In this document: in pieces, positions 42,756 through 53,245 of the stretch
Numbering within the stretch: position 1 is the stretch's first letter
How the letters are laid out: each line of letters begins with the position of its first letter
NCBI GenBank assembly: GCA_049970895.1
Contig: JBMFMB010000007.1
Location: 1 to 61,953, forward strand
Reading direction: 5' to 3'
Source: Candidatus Bathyarchaeia archaeon
GTDB taxonomy: Archaea; Thermoproteota; Bathyarchaeia; Bathyarchaeales; Bathycorpusculaceae
Length of the DNA: 61,953 bases
Notes under the pieces: model-generated
The model's database searches: none
The model's input: only the letters and a program-made list of their open reading frames with translations
Told to the model about the DNA's origin: nothing
Program-made: the position numbers and the translations under genes

Positions 42756-43247
42756 TCATGGAAGAATAGACATCAAAAGATTCACAATTCTCCCAGCTGC
42801 AGCCTCAACTTCCCCAGATAAGCCTTCACCAAAATCTGTTTCTTTAGGCTCTATCAAAAGTAGGGCTATTTTTGCCTCTAATGTTTTGGAGAGGTAGTCA
42901 CAAAAAACCCTAAGCGGAAGTATATGCGTGGAAATGGCTGGAAAAACCTTGAGGTGTTCGGGCTTTACAAGCCTACAGTTGCCTGGCTCCAAACCCATAA
43001 CTGCAGCGTCAATGAGCAGAACATGTGTTGGCCTAAAGTCCAAAATCTGTTGAATAAAACTTTCAGGAACAGTTTCGCATTCAATCAGCAAAACTTTTTC
43101 AGAGACTTTTCCATGCAAGTCATGGACGATCTTCACGCCGACAAAGTCGTCCATGCGGATGGGGTTGCCAACGCCAGCGACAACAACCCTTTCCGCGTTA
43201 GAGAGCCATTCCCTAAGCTTTTTCTCGAAGGAACCTTCCACAGACAA
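42756..43247 (-). CDS. hycI: Hydrogenase maturation protease (HycI-like)
   Basis: GVGN..RMDD..G, ETVPE, IDA, STH.LPL. Confidence 0.88.
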   Translation of the reverse strand: MSVEGSFEKKLREWLSNAERVVVAGVGNPIRMDDFVGVKIVHDLHGKVSEKVLLIECETVPESFIQQILDFRPTHVLLIDAAVMGLEPGNCRLVKPEHLKVFPAISTHILPLRVFCDYLSKTLEAKIALLLIEPKETDFGEGLSGEVEAAAGRIVNLLMSILP

Positions 43248-43294
43248 AAGGGTTTCTCCAAAAATGAAATGGGAAAATGGGAGCTGTTTAGGGT

Positions 43295-44749
43295 TTATCT
43301 CTGCACCGTCTTTACGAGTTTTCCTTCGTGGTTATAGATTTCAACGGTTAGTGGCAGCTGTCCAAAAGCATAGTGGGTGGCACAACCAAAGCATGGGTCA
43401 TAAGCCCTAAAAGCCATCTCCACCATGTTAAGCAAGCCTTGGTCAACCTTGCTGCCGTGAATCAAGCCCTTAGCAGCGTTCCGAACAGACATGTTAATTG
43501 AAGGCGCATTATTAACAGTAGCCACAATCAAGTTGACATCCTTAACAAGCGCGTTCTCATCCAAAACATAGTGGTGAATCAACGTACCCCTAGCAGCCTC
43601 AACAACGCCAACGCCTTCGCCGGGCTTGCCAGGCTTATTCCTCACATTAGTGCTCGTTATCTCTGGGTCCTTAACAAGCTCAACAGCCCTCTCAGCAGCA
43701 TATAAAAGCTCAATGAGCCTAGCCCAATGATAAGCCAAAGTGAAGTGCACCGGTTTCCCGCCTAGAGTGGCGTACATTCGCTCGTATTCCTCTTGAGCTA
43801 AGGGCGTAGCCATACCCTCAGCTGCATTAAGCCTTCCAAGGGGTCCAACACGATAAACGCCGCTGTCTGTACCATCAACAAAGCCCTTCCAGCCAACCTT
43901 CTTTAAATACGGCTGCTTTACATAAGTCCATAGCTCCACATGCTCGGCGATGTGCTCCAAATAATCCTTAGCCTCAAACTTGGCGAACTCCTTGCCGTCT
44001 GGGGTTACAACGCGTATTTTGCCGTCGTAAAAGTTCACCTTGTTGTGCTCGTCCACCAAACCCATATAATAGGTGCGCAGTGTGTAGGCTTCACTCTTAA
44101 TTAGCTCCACATACTTGGTGTTTTTCAAGACAATGTCGTGGAAAAGCTTCAGTGAAAACTTTGCAAAGTCAACAGCAGAGGTAACCATCTTCTCAATTTC
44201 TTGGCGGTTCTCCTCGCTTAGAGGCTTTGATATGCCGCCCGGCAACCCGCAAACTGGGTGGGTAGCCTTTCCACCTATAAGCTCGACAATTCTCTGGCCA
44301 TAAGCCCTATGCTTAATAACCTCTTTGGCAACATCCAAGCCAGCCTTCTCAATAACGCCTAAAATGTTCCGTTTTTCTGGTGGCGCATCTGGTCCAACAA
44401 CAAAGTCTGGTCCGCCCAAATAGTAAAAATGCAACGTATGGTCGTAAATGAAGTAGCCACAATACATTAGCTCACGCAATTTCTTGGCTGGTTCCGGCGG
44501 CTCCACGTTAAAGGCGGCATCCAAAGCCTTTGTTCCAGCCATATGATGGGCAACTGGACAAACTCCGCAAATTCTGCTGGTTAAGAGTGGCATATCCTCG
44601 GCTTTGCGTCCAATACAAAACTTCTCGAAACCGCGGAGCTCTGGAATCTGTAGGTAGGCATTTTCCACCTCGCCAGCATCGTTTAGGAATATTGCTATTT
44701 TGCCGTGGCCCTCAAGTCTTGTTATTGGGTCTATGATTATCTCTTTCAT
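43295..44749 (-). CDS. mvhA: [NiFe] hydrogenase group 3c large subunit
   Basis: [25 protein letters not shown] plus a cleavable tail. Confidence 0.93.
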   Translation of the reverse strand: MKEIIIDPITRLEGHGKIAIFLNDAGEVENAYLQIPELRGFEKFCIGRKAEDMPLLTSRICGVCPVAHHMAGTKALDAAFNVEPPEPAKKLRELMYCGYFIYDHTLHFYYLGGPDFVVGPDAPPEKRNILGVIEKAGLDVAKEVIKHRAYGQRIVELIGGKATHPVCGLPGGISKPLSEENRQEIEKMVTSAVDFAKFSLKLFHDIVLKNTKYVELIKSEAYTLRTYYMGLVDEHNKVNFYDGKIRVVTPDGKEFAKFEAKDYLEHIAEHVELWTYVKQPYLKKVGWKGFVDGTDSGVYRVGPLGRLNAAEGMATPLAQEEYERMYATLGGKPVHFTLAYHWARLIELLYAAERAVELVKDPEITSTNVRNKPGKPGEGVGVVEAARGTLIHHYVLDENALVKDVNLIVATVNNAPSINMSVRNAAKGLIHGSKVDQGLLNMVEMAFRAYDPCFGCATHYAFGQLPLTVEIYNHEGKLVKTVQR

Positions 44750-45729
44750 TCGCGGATCACCTTCCTCCTCAAAATTGAGGCTGGCAAAGCATACATGTAG
44801 AAGGTTCCAACGGGATCCTTAATCTGGTCGATTAGCTTTTCAACCTCTTCTTCAGTGTATTTCTCCTTCTCCTCCTCCAACCCAAGTATCGAAGCCAAAG
44901 CACTAATCATGGCGGCGCCCTGCTCCGGAACGTTGGGACATGGACCACCACAACCAGTGCATGGCATGTCAACCTTCAAGCATCTGGCGCCACAACCACC
45001 CCTCGTGGCTGGACCCATGCAGAGGATTCCCTGTTCCAATAGGCACCTTTCAGGGTCGGGAGCCTTCTCGTAAACGCGGTATATCCGCGATATCTTCTTG
45101 TTCTCCTTCTTCTTCGGACACTCGTCACAAACAGATTTTAAAGGCGCCAAAACAGAGCCTTTTGGCGGAAGCTCGCCCTTAGCTATGGCTTCTAGGGCGA
45201 AGAGTGTGCGCTCCACCGCTGGCGGGCAGCCGGGAACATAATAGTCAACGTCCACCGTCTGGTCGAGAGTTCTCACAGTGTCGTAGAATTCTGGAATTTC
45301 CAATTCGCCCTCCTTAACATGAACTTTTGGCTGTGGGGAAACCTTGTTGGGATTATCCGTCGAAAAGGTTTGAGCATAGACTTTTTCGAAGATTTCCTCC
45401 TTGTTGTGCAGATTAGCCAGCCCTGGAACACCACCAAGATGGGCACATGCACCATAAGCTACGAGAATCTTCGACTTTTGCCTTAGAAGCTTTGCCATGT
45501 GCTCTTGTTCGCTGTTTCGGATTCCACCATTAAAGAAGCAAACGTCAATGTATTTGTCAGGCATGTTTTCCACGTCTTTATATTTTATGTCCATGGCTAC
45601 GGGCCAAAACACTATATCTGCGATTTGCACTACATCCAAGATTTTCTCGTTAATGTCCAAAACAGCGATTTCACATCCGCCGCAGCTTGCAGCCCAGTAG
45701 AAGGCGAATTTCAATTTTTGCTTTGCCAT
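44746..45729 (-). CDS. mvhG: [NiFe] hydrogenase group 3c small subunit
   Basis: SCGGC, GACA, PGCPP, CMGPAT..GC, PCTGC. Confidence 0.92.
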   Translation of the reverse strand: MAKQKLKFAFYWAASCGGCEIAVLDINEKILDVVQIADIVFWPVAMDIKYKDVENMPDKYIDVCFFNGGIRNSEQEHMAKLLRQKSKILVAYGACAHLGGVPGLANLHNKEEIFEKVYAQTFSTDNPNKVSPQPKVHVKEGELEIPEFYDTVRTLDQTVDVDYYVPGCPPAVERTLFALEAIAKGELPPKGSVLAPLKSVCDECPKKKENKKISRIYRVYEKAPDPERCLLEQGILCMGPATRGGCGARCLKVDMPCTGCGGPCPNVPEQGAAMISALASILGLEEEKEKYTEEEVEKLIDQIKDPVGTFYMYALPASILRRKVIRE

Positions 45730-45740
45730 GACCCATCTCC

Positions 45741-46619
45741 TCATTTAATCTGGTTTAATAATTCTGTTGGCTTAACTCTAAGCTCGTTTAGGGCTAATTC
45801 CTCTGGCGGTAAGCCCATGGCTAAGCCTAAAAGCTGTGGGTAGTGGAGAATTGGCATGTTGAATTTTTCGTTGAAGGCTCTCTCTATGCGGGGCTGGTTT
45901 AGGTCGAACATTATATGGCAGAAGGGACAAACAGTTATAAGCGCTTGGGCGCCAACAGCCCTAACATGGTCAAGCTTTTCCTTAGCCATCTGGAAGGGCA
46001 CGTCCTCATTAACGCCTATTATTGGGTTGCCGCAGCACTCGGTTTCATCCATATAGTCTAGGCATTCGGCGCCAGTCAGCCTAATCAGCTCCTTAAGGGT
46101 TGTTGGGTTTTCAGGGTCATCCCGTCCCACATACTTGCGGGGTCTTAGAACATGGCATCCGCTGTGCTGGGCTACGCGAATACCAGCCAAAGGCTTTGTT
46201 ACAGTATCCTTTATCTTCTCGTATCCAACGTCCTCTGAAAGCACATAGATTAGGTGTTTAACTTCTATTGTGCCCTTAAACTCCATGCCAACCTCTTTCA
46301 AATAGCCGTTAATCTTCTCGCGAAGCTTCTTATCCTCTTTTAACAGTTTATTGGTTTCGTTTAGGCTGCAGAAGCACCCGTTACAGAGGGTCATTATTGG
46401 TAAGCCAACTTTTTCAGCTATGCATAGGTTTCTCGCCGCCAACGTCAACATCAATTCGTGGTTTATAACGTCCATTGGGTAGCCACAACAGTTGTATTCT
46501 GGCATTTCCACAATCTCAACGCCAAGCTTGGCGAGGACTTTTCTGGCGGATATCTCGTAGCTTGAAAGCCTATATGGAATTACACAGCCGGGAAACAACA
46601 AATATTTTGGGTTGCTCAT
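45741..46619 (-). CDS. hdrB: Heterodisulfide reductase subunit B
   Basis: Two CCG domains (NCCG..CNGC; ECCG..CPFC). Confidence 0.92.
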   Translation of the reverse strand: MSNPKYLLFPGCVIPYRLSSYEISARKVLAKLGVEIVEMPEYNCCGYPMDVINHELMLTLAARNLCIAEKVGLPIMTLCNGCFCSLNETNKLLKEDKKLREKINGYLKEVGMEFKGTIEVKHLIYVLSEDVGYEKIKDTVTKPLAGIRVAQHSGCHVLRPRKYVGRDDPENPTTLKELIRLTGAECLDYMDETECCGNPIIGVNEDVPFQMAKEKLDHVRAVGAQALITVCPFCHIMFDLNQPRIERAFNEKFNMPILHYPQLLGLAMGLPPEELALNELRVKPTELLNQIK

Positions 46620-47185
46620 TTGCTCTCCACCTTCGCAAAAGTTTGAACCTTCTCAAGCAAGCCTGCCGAACCAGTAACCTCAAAAATTTTCATAACTTCC
46701 TTCACGTTTGGCTTTGGCAGTGGCGGCAGTCCCTGCTCAACCCTTTTCTGAAGCCTTGACTCTGGAATCTCGTAGACGAAACCGCTTTTCATGAGGTTTG
46801 TGGCTAACTCCTTGTAAACTAGTGGAAGAATGTTTTTATCTGCAACAGCCATGTTCCGCAAAACGCGCACTATGCCGGCAATTTCAACACCTTGGGGGCA
46901 ATGGTCCACACACGTGAAGCATGATGAGCATAGCCACAAGGCTTTATCCAGCAGAAGCCTATCCTTCAAGCCTAATTGGACCATGCGGGCTATTCTGCGT
47001 GGTCTGTAAAACTCGCTGAATCTTGCTATGGGGCAGTCAGCCGTGCATGTGCCACATTGGAAGCAGACCATCACCTTTTCTGCGCCGTGCATCTTGCTCA
47101 TTTTATACTTGAACCTGGGGTCAAGCTCCTCAGCCCTAATCACTGGAGGAACGTATTCGCGGGCTTCACTTTTTGTTTCGCTCAT
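46616..47185 (-). CDS. hdrC: Heterodisulfide reductase subunit C
   Basis: CFQCGTCTADCP and WLCSSCFTCVDHCP. Confidence 0.92.
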   Translation of the reverse strand: MSETKSEAREYVPPVIRAEELDPRFKYKMSKMHGAEKVMVCFQCGTCTADCPIARFSEFYRPRRIARMVQLGLKDRLLLDKALWLCSSCFTCVDHCPQGVEIAGIVRVLRNMAVADKNILPLVYKELATNLMKSGFVYEIPESRLQKRVEQGLPPLPKPNVKEVMKIFEVTGSAGLLEKVQTFAKVESK

Positions 47186-47619
47186 TTCCTCTCCTCCATT
47201 TTCAACGGGTTCGGACCAAGCTTCTTAATCTGTTCAACCATGTCTCGGACAACGGCTGCAAATTTGTCTCCCTCGCTGGCGGAGACCCATTCCAGCCGCA
47301 CACGTTCGGGTTCTATCCCAAAATCTTTAAGCACCCTCTTTAATAGCGTTACCCTCCTCAAAGCCTTAAAATTACCACTAAGGTAATGGCAGTCGGATGG
47401 AAGGTGGCAACCAGCCAACAAAACACCGTCAGCTCCATTTTTCAGGGCTTCTAGTATGAAGGCTGGGTCTATTCTTCCACTACACATGACGCGGATAACA
47501 CGGATGTTTGGCGGGTATTGGATTCGGCTTACACCAGCCAAGTCTGCACCAGCATAGGCACACCAGTTGCATAGGAAACCAACAATCTTTGGTTCAAAAT
47601 CCTTTTGGGCTTCGCTCAT
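47182..47619 (-). CDS. mvhD: MvhD [2Fe-2S] subunit
   Basis: FLCNWCAYAGAD, RVMCSGR, GCH..DCHY. Confidence 0.94.
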   Translation of the reverse strand: MSEAQKDFEPKIVGFLCNWCAYAGADLAGVSRIQYPPNIRVIRVMCSGRIDPAFILEALKNGADGVLLAGCHLPSDCHYLSGNFKALRRVTLLKRVLKDFGIEPERVRLEWVSASEGDKFAAVVRDMVEQIKKLGPNPLKMEERK

Positions 47620-50600
47620 TTGGCAGCCACCTCCATCTCCTTCAAGACAGCCCTAACCTGGGCAAGAATCTCCTCAGTTGTGAAGTGTCCAAGGGTTATG
47701 GCTTTTGTTGGGCATGCTGTTCCGCAGACTCCGCAGCCCTTGCATAAGGCTTCAATCACGTGGGCAACCACTTTGCCATCTTTCTCCTTCATCTCAATCG
47801 CGCTGTAGGGGCATAGAAATTCACAGATTCTGCATCCACTACATAAATCTTCATCTACACTTGCCACGATTCCTTCCATCTCAAGGGCTTTCTTCGAAAG
47901 TATTGTGGCTGCTCTTGCTGCGGCTGCACATGCTTGGGAAATGCTCTCCTCAATATATTTTGGCGAGTGAGCCATTCCGCATAGGAAGACGCCGTCCGTC
48001 TGGAAGTCCACTGGGCGAAGCTTCATGTGCGCCTCCAAGAAGAAGCCATCCTTTGTCAATGGCACTTTTAGCATTTCGGCTATGCGCTTATTGTCCGGGT
48101 TCGGGATGGTGGCAGCACTTAAAATGACGTAGTCTGGCTCCAACTGAACCTCTTGCTTTAATACCGGCTCGTAGAAGGAGACTTTAAGCTTTCCGCCTTC
48201 ATTTGTGACTTTTGGCTTGCGTTCGTCTGAATAGTTTATGAAGATGACACCTTTTGCTGCTGCCTCCCGATAGTACTCCTCCTTAAAGCCGTAACTCCTA
48301 ACATCCTTGTAAAGGACGTAAACATCAGCGTCTGGGCTAAGCTCCTTAATTTTCAGCGCGTTTTTGATGGCTTGCCCACAGCATATGCGCGCACAGTTGG
48401 GGCGCTCCTCGTTCCTTGCGCCAACGCATTGAATCATAATAACCTTTTTGGCTTTGAACTCGCCTTTGGCAATTTTCTCCTCCAACTCGTGCTGGGTCAT
48501 GACTCTGGGGTCTTCGCCATACAAGTATTCTTTTGGCTTATACTCAACGGCACCAGTTGCAACAATAACTACGCCATGCTCCACCAGTTTTTCCTCGCCG
48601 TTGCTCAGCCTTATTTTTGATTTGAAGTTGCCGATGAAACCGCTTACCTCCACAACCTCCGCGCCTAAATAAACGTGGATAAGCTTGTTTTCCATAACAG
48701 CCTTAACAAGCCTTTTCAAGTGCACCTGTGGGTCTTCGCCCTCAAGCAAGTAATAGATTTTCCTTAAGTGTCCGCCAAGCTCTTTTTCGCGTTCAACAAG
48801 GTGAACCTCAAAGCCTTGATTGGCTAATTCTAGTGCTGCGGTCATTCCTGAGACCCCGCCACCAATTACAAGTCCTGCTGGAGTGACATTGACTGTTGGG
48901 TTTTTCAACGGTTTTAGAAGCCTCGCCTTAGCGACGACGGAGCGGACGAGGTCTTTTGCTTTTTCTGTTGCCGCGTCCGGCTCGTGCATATGAACCCAGC
49001 TGCACTGGTCTCGGATGTTTGCCATCTCAAAGAGGTATGGGTTTAGGCCAGCCTCTCGGAGGGTTTCTCTGAAAAGCGGTTCATGGGTTCTTGGTGTGCA
49101 TGAAGCTACAACAACACGGTTTAGGTTGTACTCCTTAATCTTCTCCCTAATCCGCTTCTGGGTGTCATCCGAACAAGTGTAAAGGTTGTCCTCGGCATAA
49201 ACAACATTTGGAAGTTTTTTGGCATATTCTACAACTTCTGGAACCCGCACTATTCCGCCAATGTTTATGCCACAGTGGCATATGAAAACGCCTATGCGGG
49301 GCTCTTCTTGGCTAACGTCCCGTTCTGGCGGATACTCCTTCACAGTTATGAGCTTGCCACGTTCTGGGGCTATTATTGCCATGGCTTTCGCCGCGGCGCC
49401 ACTTGCTTGAGCAACACTTTCCGGAATATCCTTAGGCGAGCTGAAGGCTCCGCAAACGTATATGCCTGGCTTTGAGGTTTCCAGCGGTGTGAAGGTATTG
49501 GTTTCGCAGAAGCGGTACTTGTTGAGCTTTATGCCAAAAGCCTTGGCTAGTTTTTCCACGTCCTTTGGCGGCTGCATTCCAGTGGAGAGCACAACCATGT
49601 CGAACTCCTCAACCCATGGAGTTTCATCCTCTCCAACATAGTGCACAAGCAAGTTGCCGGTCGCTGGGTCTTCGGTTATGCTAGCAACCCTTGAACGCAC
49701 AAAACGGATGCCATACTCCTCCTGAGCCCGCTTATAATAGGCGTCAAACTCCTTCCCATAAGCCCTAATATCCATATAGAAAATTGTGCAGTCCAACTTT
49801 GTTGGCACGTGTTCTTTGGCTATAATGGCTTCCTTAATGCTGTACATGCAACAAGCAGCAGAACAATAATTGTTCCCAAGCTGAGCATCCCGAGAACCAA
49901 CACACTGAATAAAGGCAATTTTTCGTGGAATCTCACCGTCAGAAGGCCTCAAAACAATTCCGCCGTAGGGTCCAGAAGCGCTTAGTATGCGTTCGAACTC
50001 TATGCTTGTCACAACATTTGCATAACGTCCGTAACCGTACTCGCTCTTAAGCCGCGCATCAAAGGGTTCAAAACCGGGAGCCAAAATCACGGCGCCAACA
50101 TTTAGAACGATTTCGCTGTCTTTTTGGTCGTATTCAACGGCGTTCGCCTTACAAACCTCTTGGCATGTTCTACAACCAATGCATTTTTCGCGGTCTATTT
50201 TGAAGCGAAGTGGAACCGCTTGCGGAAATTCGACGTAGACGGCGCTTCTGTCTGTCAAGCCCTTATTGTAGGTGTCTATGGCTTCAACGGGGCATTTTTG
50301 TGCACAAAGCCCGCAACCATTACATTTTTCCTCGTTTATGTAGCGGCTTCTTTTTCGAATCTTCACTTCGAAGTTTCCAGCCTCGCCGCTTAAGCCCAAT
50401 ACTTCGCTGTTCGTAATCAAGGAAATGTTGGGATGCCTCCCAGCAGCAACAAGCTTAGGAGCCAAAATACACATTGAACAGTCATTTGTTGGGAAAGTCT
50501 TGTCCAATTGAGCCATAACACCGCCGATGCTGGGCGACTGGTCAACCATGTACACTTTAAAGCCTGAATCAGCCAAGTCTAAGGCTGCCTGTATTCCAGC

Positions 50601-50648
50601 AACGCCTCCGCCTACAACAAGAACTGCTCCTACTTTTCCTTCAGCCAT
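47616..50648 (-). CDS. hdrA: Large heterodisulfide reductase subunit A with two FAD modules
   Basis: GGGVAG...DKTFPTNDC, ferredoxin insert, QCVGSR, internal CHCG/SCTPR/DQCSWVH block, second GGGVSG, C-terminal 2x[4Fe-4S]. Confidence 0.92.
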   Translation of the reverse strand: MAEGKVGAVLVVGGGVAGIQAALDLADSGFKVYMVDQSPSIGGVMAQLDKTFPTNDCSMCILAPKLVAAGRHPNISLITNSEVLGLSGEAGNFEVKIRKRSRYINEEKCNGCGLCAQKCPVEAIDTYNKGLTDRSAVYVEFPQAVPLRFKIDREKCIGCRTCQEVCKANAVEYDQKDSEIVLNVGAVILAPGFEPFDARLKSEYGYGRYANVVTSIEFERILSASGPYGGIVLRPSDGEIPRKIAFIQCVGSRDAQLGNNYCSAACCMYSIKEAIIAKEHVPTKLDCTIFYMDIRAYGKEFDAYYKRAQEEYGIRFVRSRVASITEDPATGNLLVHYVGEDETPWVEEFDMVVLSTGMQPPKDVEKLAKAFGIKLNKYRFCETNTFTPLETSKPGIYVCGAFSSPKDIPESVAQASGAAAKAMAIIAPERGKLITVKEYPPERDVSQEEPRIGVFICHCGINIGGIVRVPEVVEYAKKLPNVVYAEDNLYTCSDDTQKRIREKIKEYNLNRVVVASCTPRTHEPLFRETLREAGLNPYLFEMANIRDQCSWVHMHEPDAATEKAKDLVRSVVAKARLLKPLKNPTVNVTPAGLVIGGGVSGMTAALELANQGFEVHLVEREKELGGHLRKIYYLLEGEDPQVHLKRLVKAVMENKLIHVYLGAEVVEVSGFIGNFKSKIRLSNGEEKLVEHGVVIVATGAVEYKPKEYLYGEDPRVMTQHELEEKIAKGEFKAKKVIMIQCVGARNEERPNCARICCGQAIKNALKIKELSPDADVYVLYKDVRSYGFKEEYYREAAAKGVIFINYSDERKPKVTNEGGKLKVSFYEPVLKQEVQLEPDYVILSAATIPNPDNKRIAEMLKVPLTKDGFFLEAHMKLRPVDFQTDGVFLCGMAHSPKYIEESISQACAAAARAATILSKKALEMEGIVASVDEDLCSGCRICEFLCPYSAIEMKEKDGKVVAHVIEALCKGCGVCGTACPTKAITLGHFTTEEILAQVRAVLKEMEVAAK

Positions 50649-50651
50649 CTT

Positions 50652-51404
50652 TTATCGCACCTCTAAAGCCTTATACAACGGCGTGTAACCTTCAACATGG
50701 TCCAAGGCTATCATACCCTTCCGTCGCATGTTAGTCATGTGCCTCAAAACGGCAGAGGGCTTAATCCCAAGAATTTGGGCTAACTCCTTAACAGAGCGTG
50801 GCTTAACCCTTGTCAAGTAGTGAATTTTATAGCGGATGAACTCAGCCCTAACAACGTCGTCCAATAAGGCGTTAAACTCTTCTTCTGATATTTTCACGCC
50901 GTAAGCGTTCATGAATTCTGTTAGCTCTTCTTCTCTCCCCAGTAAAACGCGGAGTCTAAAGGCTGAGGCTGCCTCCTTAGCCGCTGTGAGGTTAGCTAAA
51001 AGCTCCTCCTTCCCAAGTGGAGAGTTTCCAAGCTTCCAAACTTCTTCTGAAAACTCCTTGGCATAGTGGCTGAAGCCTTTATACTCCAAAGGTGAAACTA
51101 GAAGAAGCTTCAACCTTTCAGGCTCAAGTCCAGCCAAAGCCAACAGTTTCTTCAACATTTTAACTGCTCGTTCGGCGTGGAGGTTTCCGTCGACAAAGTG
51201 GCAGTCTGGAGGCTTGCATCCGACAAGTAAGATGCCATCCGCCCCATTAATGAAGGTTTCAAGAACAAGTGCCGGGTCCATCCTTCCAACACACATAACA
51301 CGGATAATATTAACGTTGTATGGAACACGCATCTCCTCCTCACAGAAAGCCCAGTTGCACATGAAACAAACAATTTTTGGCGGGTTAGAGGATTCCATTT
51401 CCAT
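50652..51404 (-). CDS. MvhD-like [2Fe-2S] domain fused to a C-terminal winged helix
   Basis: FMCNW, RVMCVGR, GCKPPDCHF; tail PRSVKELAQILGIKPSAVLRHMTNMRRKGMI. Confidence 0.82.
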   Translation of the reverse strand: MEMESSNPPKIVCFMCNWAFCEEEMRVPYNVNIIRVMCVGRMDPALVLETFINGADGILLVGCKPPDCHFVDGNLHAERAVKMLKKLLALAGLEPERLKLLLVSPLEYKGFSHYAKEFSEEVWKLGNSPLGKEELLANLTAAKEAASAFRLRVLLGREEELTEFMNAYGVKISEEEFNALLDDVVRAEFIRYKIHYLTRVKPRSVKELAQILGIKPSAVLRHMTNMRRKGMIALDHVEGYTPLYKALEVR

Positions 51405-51405
51405 T

Positions 51406-53130
51406 TCACCTCTCCAAGGCTGTCAAAACCATGGTCAGAATCTGCTCATTGGAAAGCTTCTTCATGGTTATGGCTTGTTCTGGGCATCTTGCAGCACATA
51501 GGCCGCAGCCCTTGCAAAGCTCCTCGTTTACTTGGGCTACACCCTTCTCATTCTTTTTGATGGCGCCAACTGGGCATATTACTGCGCAGACGTTGCAGCC
51601 AACACACTTGCCCTCATCAACAACAGCCTTGTCACCCTCGCACAAGCCCATGCTTGCAAGGCACTCGGCACACGGTCCACATCCCAGACAGCGGAAAGCC
51701 TCAAATCTGGCTTGGCGCTTCAGCTTTTCAAGGTATTCCCTTGCCTCCTCAAAGCTTAGGTGGGGCTTCTCTATTGGCGCATCATATCTGCGCTCCTTCT
51801 TTTCCAAAAGCCGCCAGTCCTTAACCCAGGTGGTCTCCTCAATCTTCTCCTCTTCCCTATCCTTTCGCAGATCCTCGCCCCTCAAATAACGGTGTATGGA
51901 AACGGCTGCGCGTTTTCCAGCGCCAACAGCCTCAATGATGCTTGCCGGACCAGTGGCAACATCCCCACCGGCGAAAACTCCTGGAATGTTGGTTTCAAGG
52001 GTTAGTGGGTCAACCTGCAATGGTGGTCCCCGCTTTTCCTTGCTTATAAGTTCTGGTGGCAAGACTGATGTTTCAACCATCTGTCCCAAGGCTGGAATAA
52101 CCATGTCCACCTCATACTGGTGTTCTGAGAAGGCTATTGGGATTGGGCGTCTCCTTCCGCTCTCGTCTGGCTCACCGAGGCGCATTCTTAGGCACTCGAC
52201 AGCCTTAACCCTTCCATTCTCGCCAATAATTTGCTTTGGAGCCACCAAGAAATAGAACTTTATCCCGTCCTTCTCGGCTAGCTCCACCTCGTGGGGAAGG
52301 GCTGGCATCTCTTCGCGAGAACGCCTATAAAGAATCATAACCTCCTTGGCACCCAGCTTTTTGACGGTTCTTGCAGCGTCGATGGCTGTGTTGCCACCGC
52401 CAATGACGGCTACCCTTTCGCCAATGATGATTTTCTTTCCAAGGGCAATAGCCCTCAAAAAGTCAACAGCGTTTATCACGCCCGCTAAGTCTTCGCCTGG
52501 CACGTTTAACTTCATGCCCAATTGTGTGCCGATAGCGAAGAAGATTGCCTTATAACCGTCCCTTTTGAGGCTTTCGATGGTTATGTCCTTGCCGAACTCC
52601 ACGCCGGTTTTGATTTTAACGCCTATATCCTTGATGTACGCGATTTCATTTGCAACAACAAACTTTTCCAGTCGGAAGTCTGGTATGCAGTAGCGCATCA
52701 TGCCGCCAGGTTCAGCCATCCGCTCAAAAACAGTGACGGGATAACCCAACTTTGCAAGTTCATAAGCCGCCGTCAAACCGGCTGGTCCAGCACCAATTAT
52801 GGCAACCTTTTCGCTATACTTTTTGGGCACTGGTTCAGCAACAACTCGCCCCTGCTCGCGTTCAATGTCGGCTACAAGCCTTTTCAAAGCGCGTATGGCA
52901 ACTGCTTGGTCAAGGTTTACACGGGCGCATGCATCCTCACATGGGCTGAAGCAGACCCTTCCACAGATGGCTGGGAAGGGCATGTCCCGCCTTATAACCT
53001 CAACGGCTTCCTTGAACTTCCCCCTTTGGATGAGAGCCACATAAGCTTGAACGTTGACATGCGCTGGACATGTTGCTCGACAAGGAGGTAGTTTCCTAAC
53101 TTCCTGTAAAGGTTTTTCTGTCAAAGGCAT
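51406..53130 (-). CDS. NAD(P)H-dependent flavin/Fe-S oxidoreductase (GltD/NfnB/SudA-like) with an HdrA-type ferredoxin tail
   Basis: PPC..TCP, CGRVC..PCE..C, GAGPAG, GGGNTAIDAAR, YRR, FAGGD, terminal 2x[4Fe-4S]. Confidence 0.88.
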   Translation of the reverse strand: MPLTEKPLQEVRKLPPCRATCPAHVNVQAYVALIQRGKFKEAVEVIRRDMPFPAICGRVCFSPCEDACARVNLDQAVAIRALKRLVADIEREQGRVVAEPVPKKYSEKVAIIGAGPAGLTAAYELAKLGYPVTVFERMAEPGGMMRYCIPDFRLEKFVVANEIAYIKDIGVKIKTGVEFGKDITIESLKRDGYKAIFFAIGTQLGMKLNVPGEDLAGVINAVDFLRAIALGKKIIIGERVAVIGGGNTAIDAARTVKKLGAKEVMILYRRSREEMPALPHEVELAEKDGIKFYFLVAPKQIIGENGRVKAVECLRMRLGEPDESGRRRPIPIAFSEHQYEVDMVIPALGQMVETSVLPPELISKEKRGPPLQVDPLTLETNIPGVFAGGDVATGPASIIEAVGAGKRAAVSIHRYLRGEDLRKDREEEKIEETTWVKDWRLLEKKERRYDAPIEKPHLSFEEAREYLEKLKRQARFEAFRCLGCGPCAECLASMGLCEGDKAVVDEGKCVGCNVCAVICPVGAIKKNEKGVAQVNEELCKGCGLCAARCPEQAITMKKLSNEQILTMVLTALER

Positions 53131-53245
53131 CAGCCTTCTTGGAAGTATATTTGAATGTTAAACCAGATATATTAAGCCATCTAAACCAAGCTTAACACAA
53201 AATTAACATAAAAATTTGGACAGAAAAAGAGGGGAAATTGAGGGT

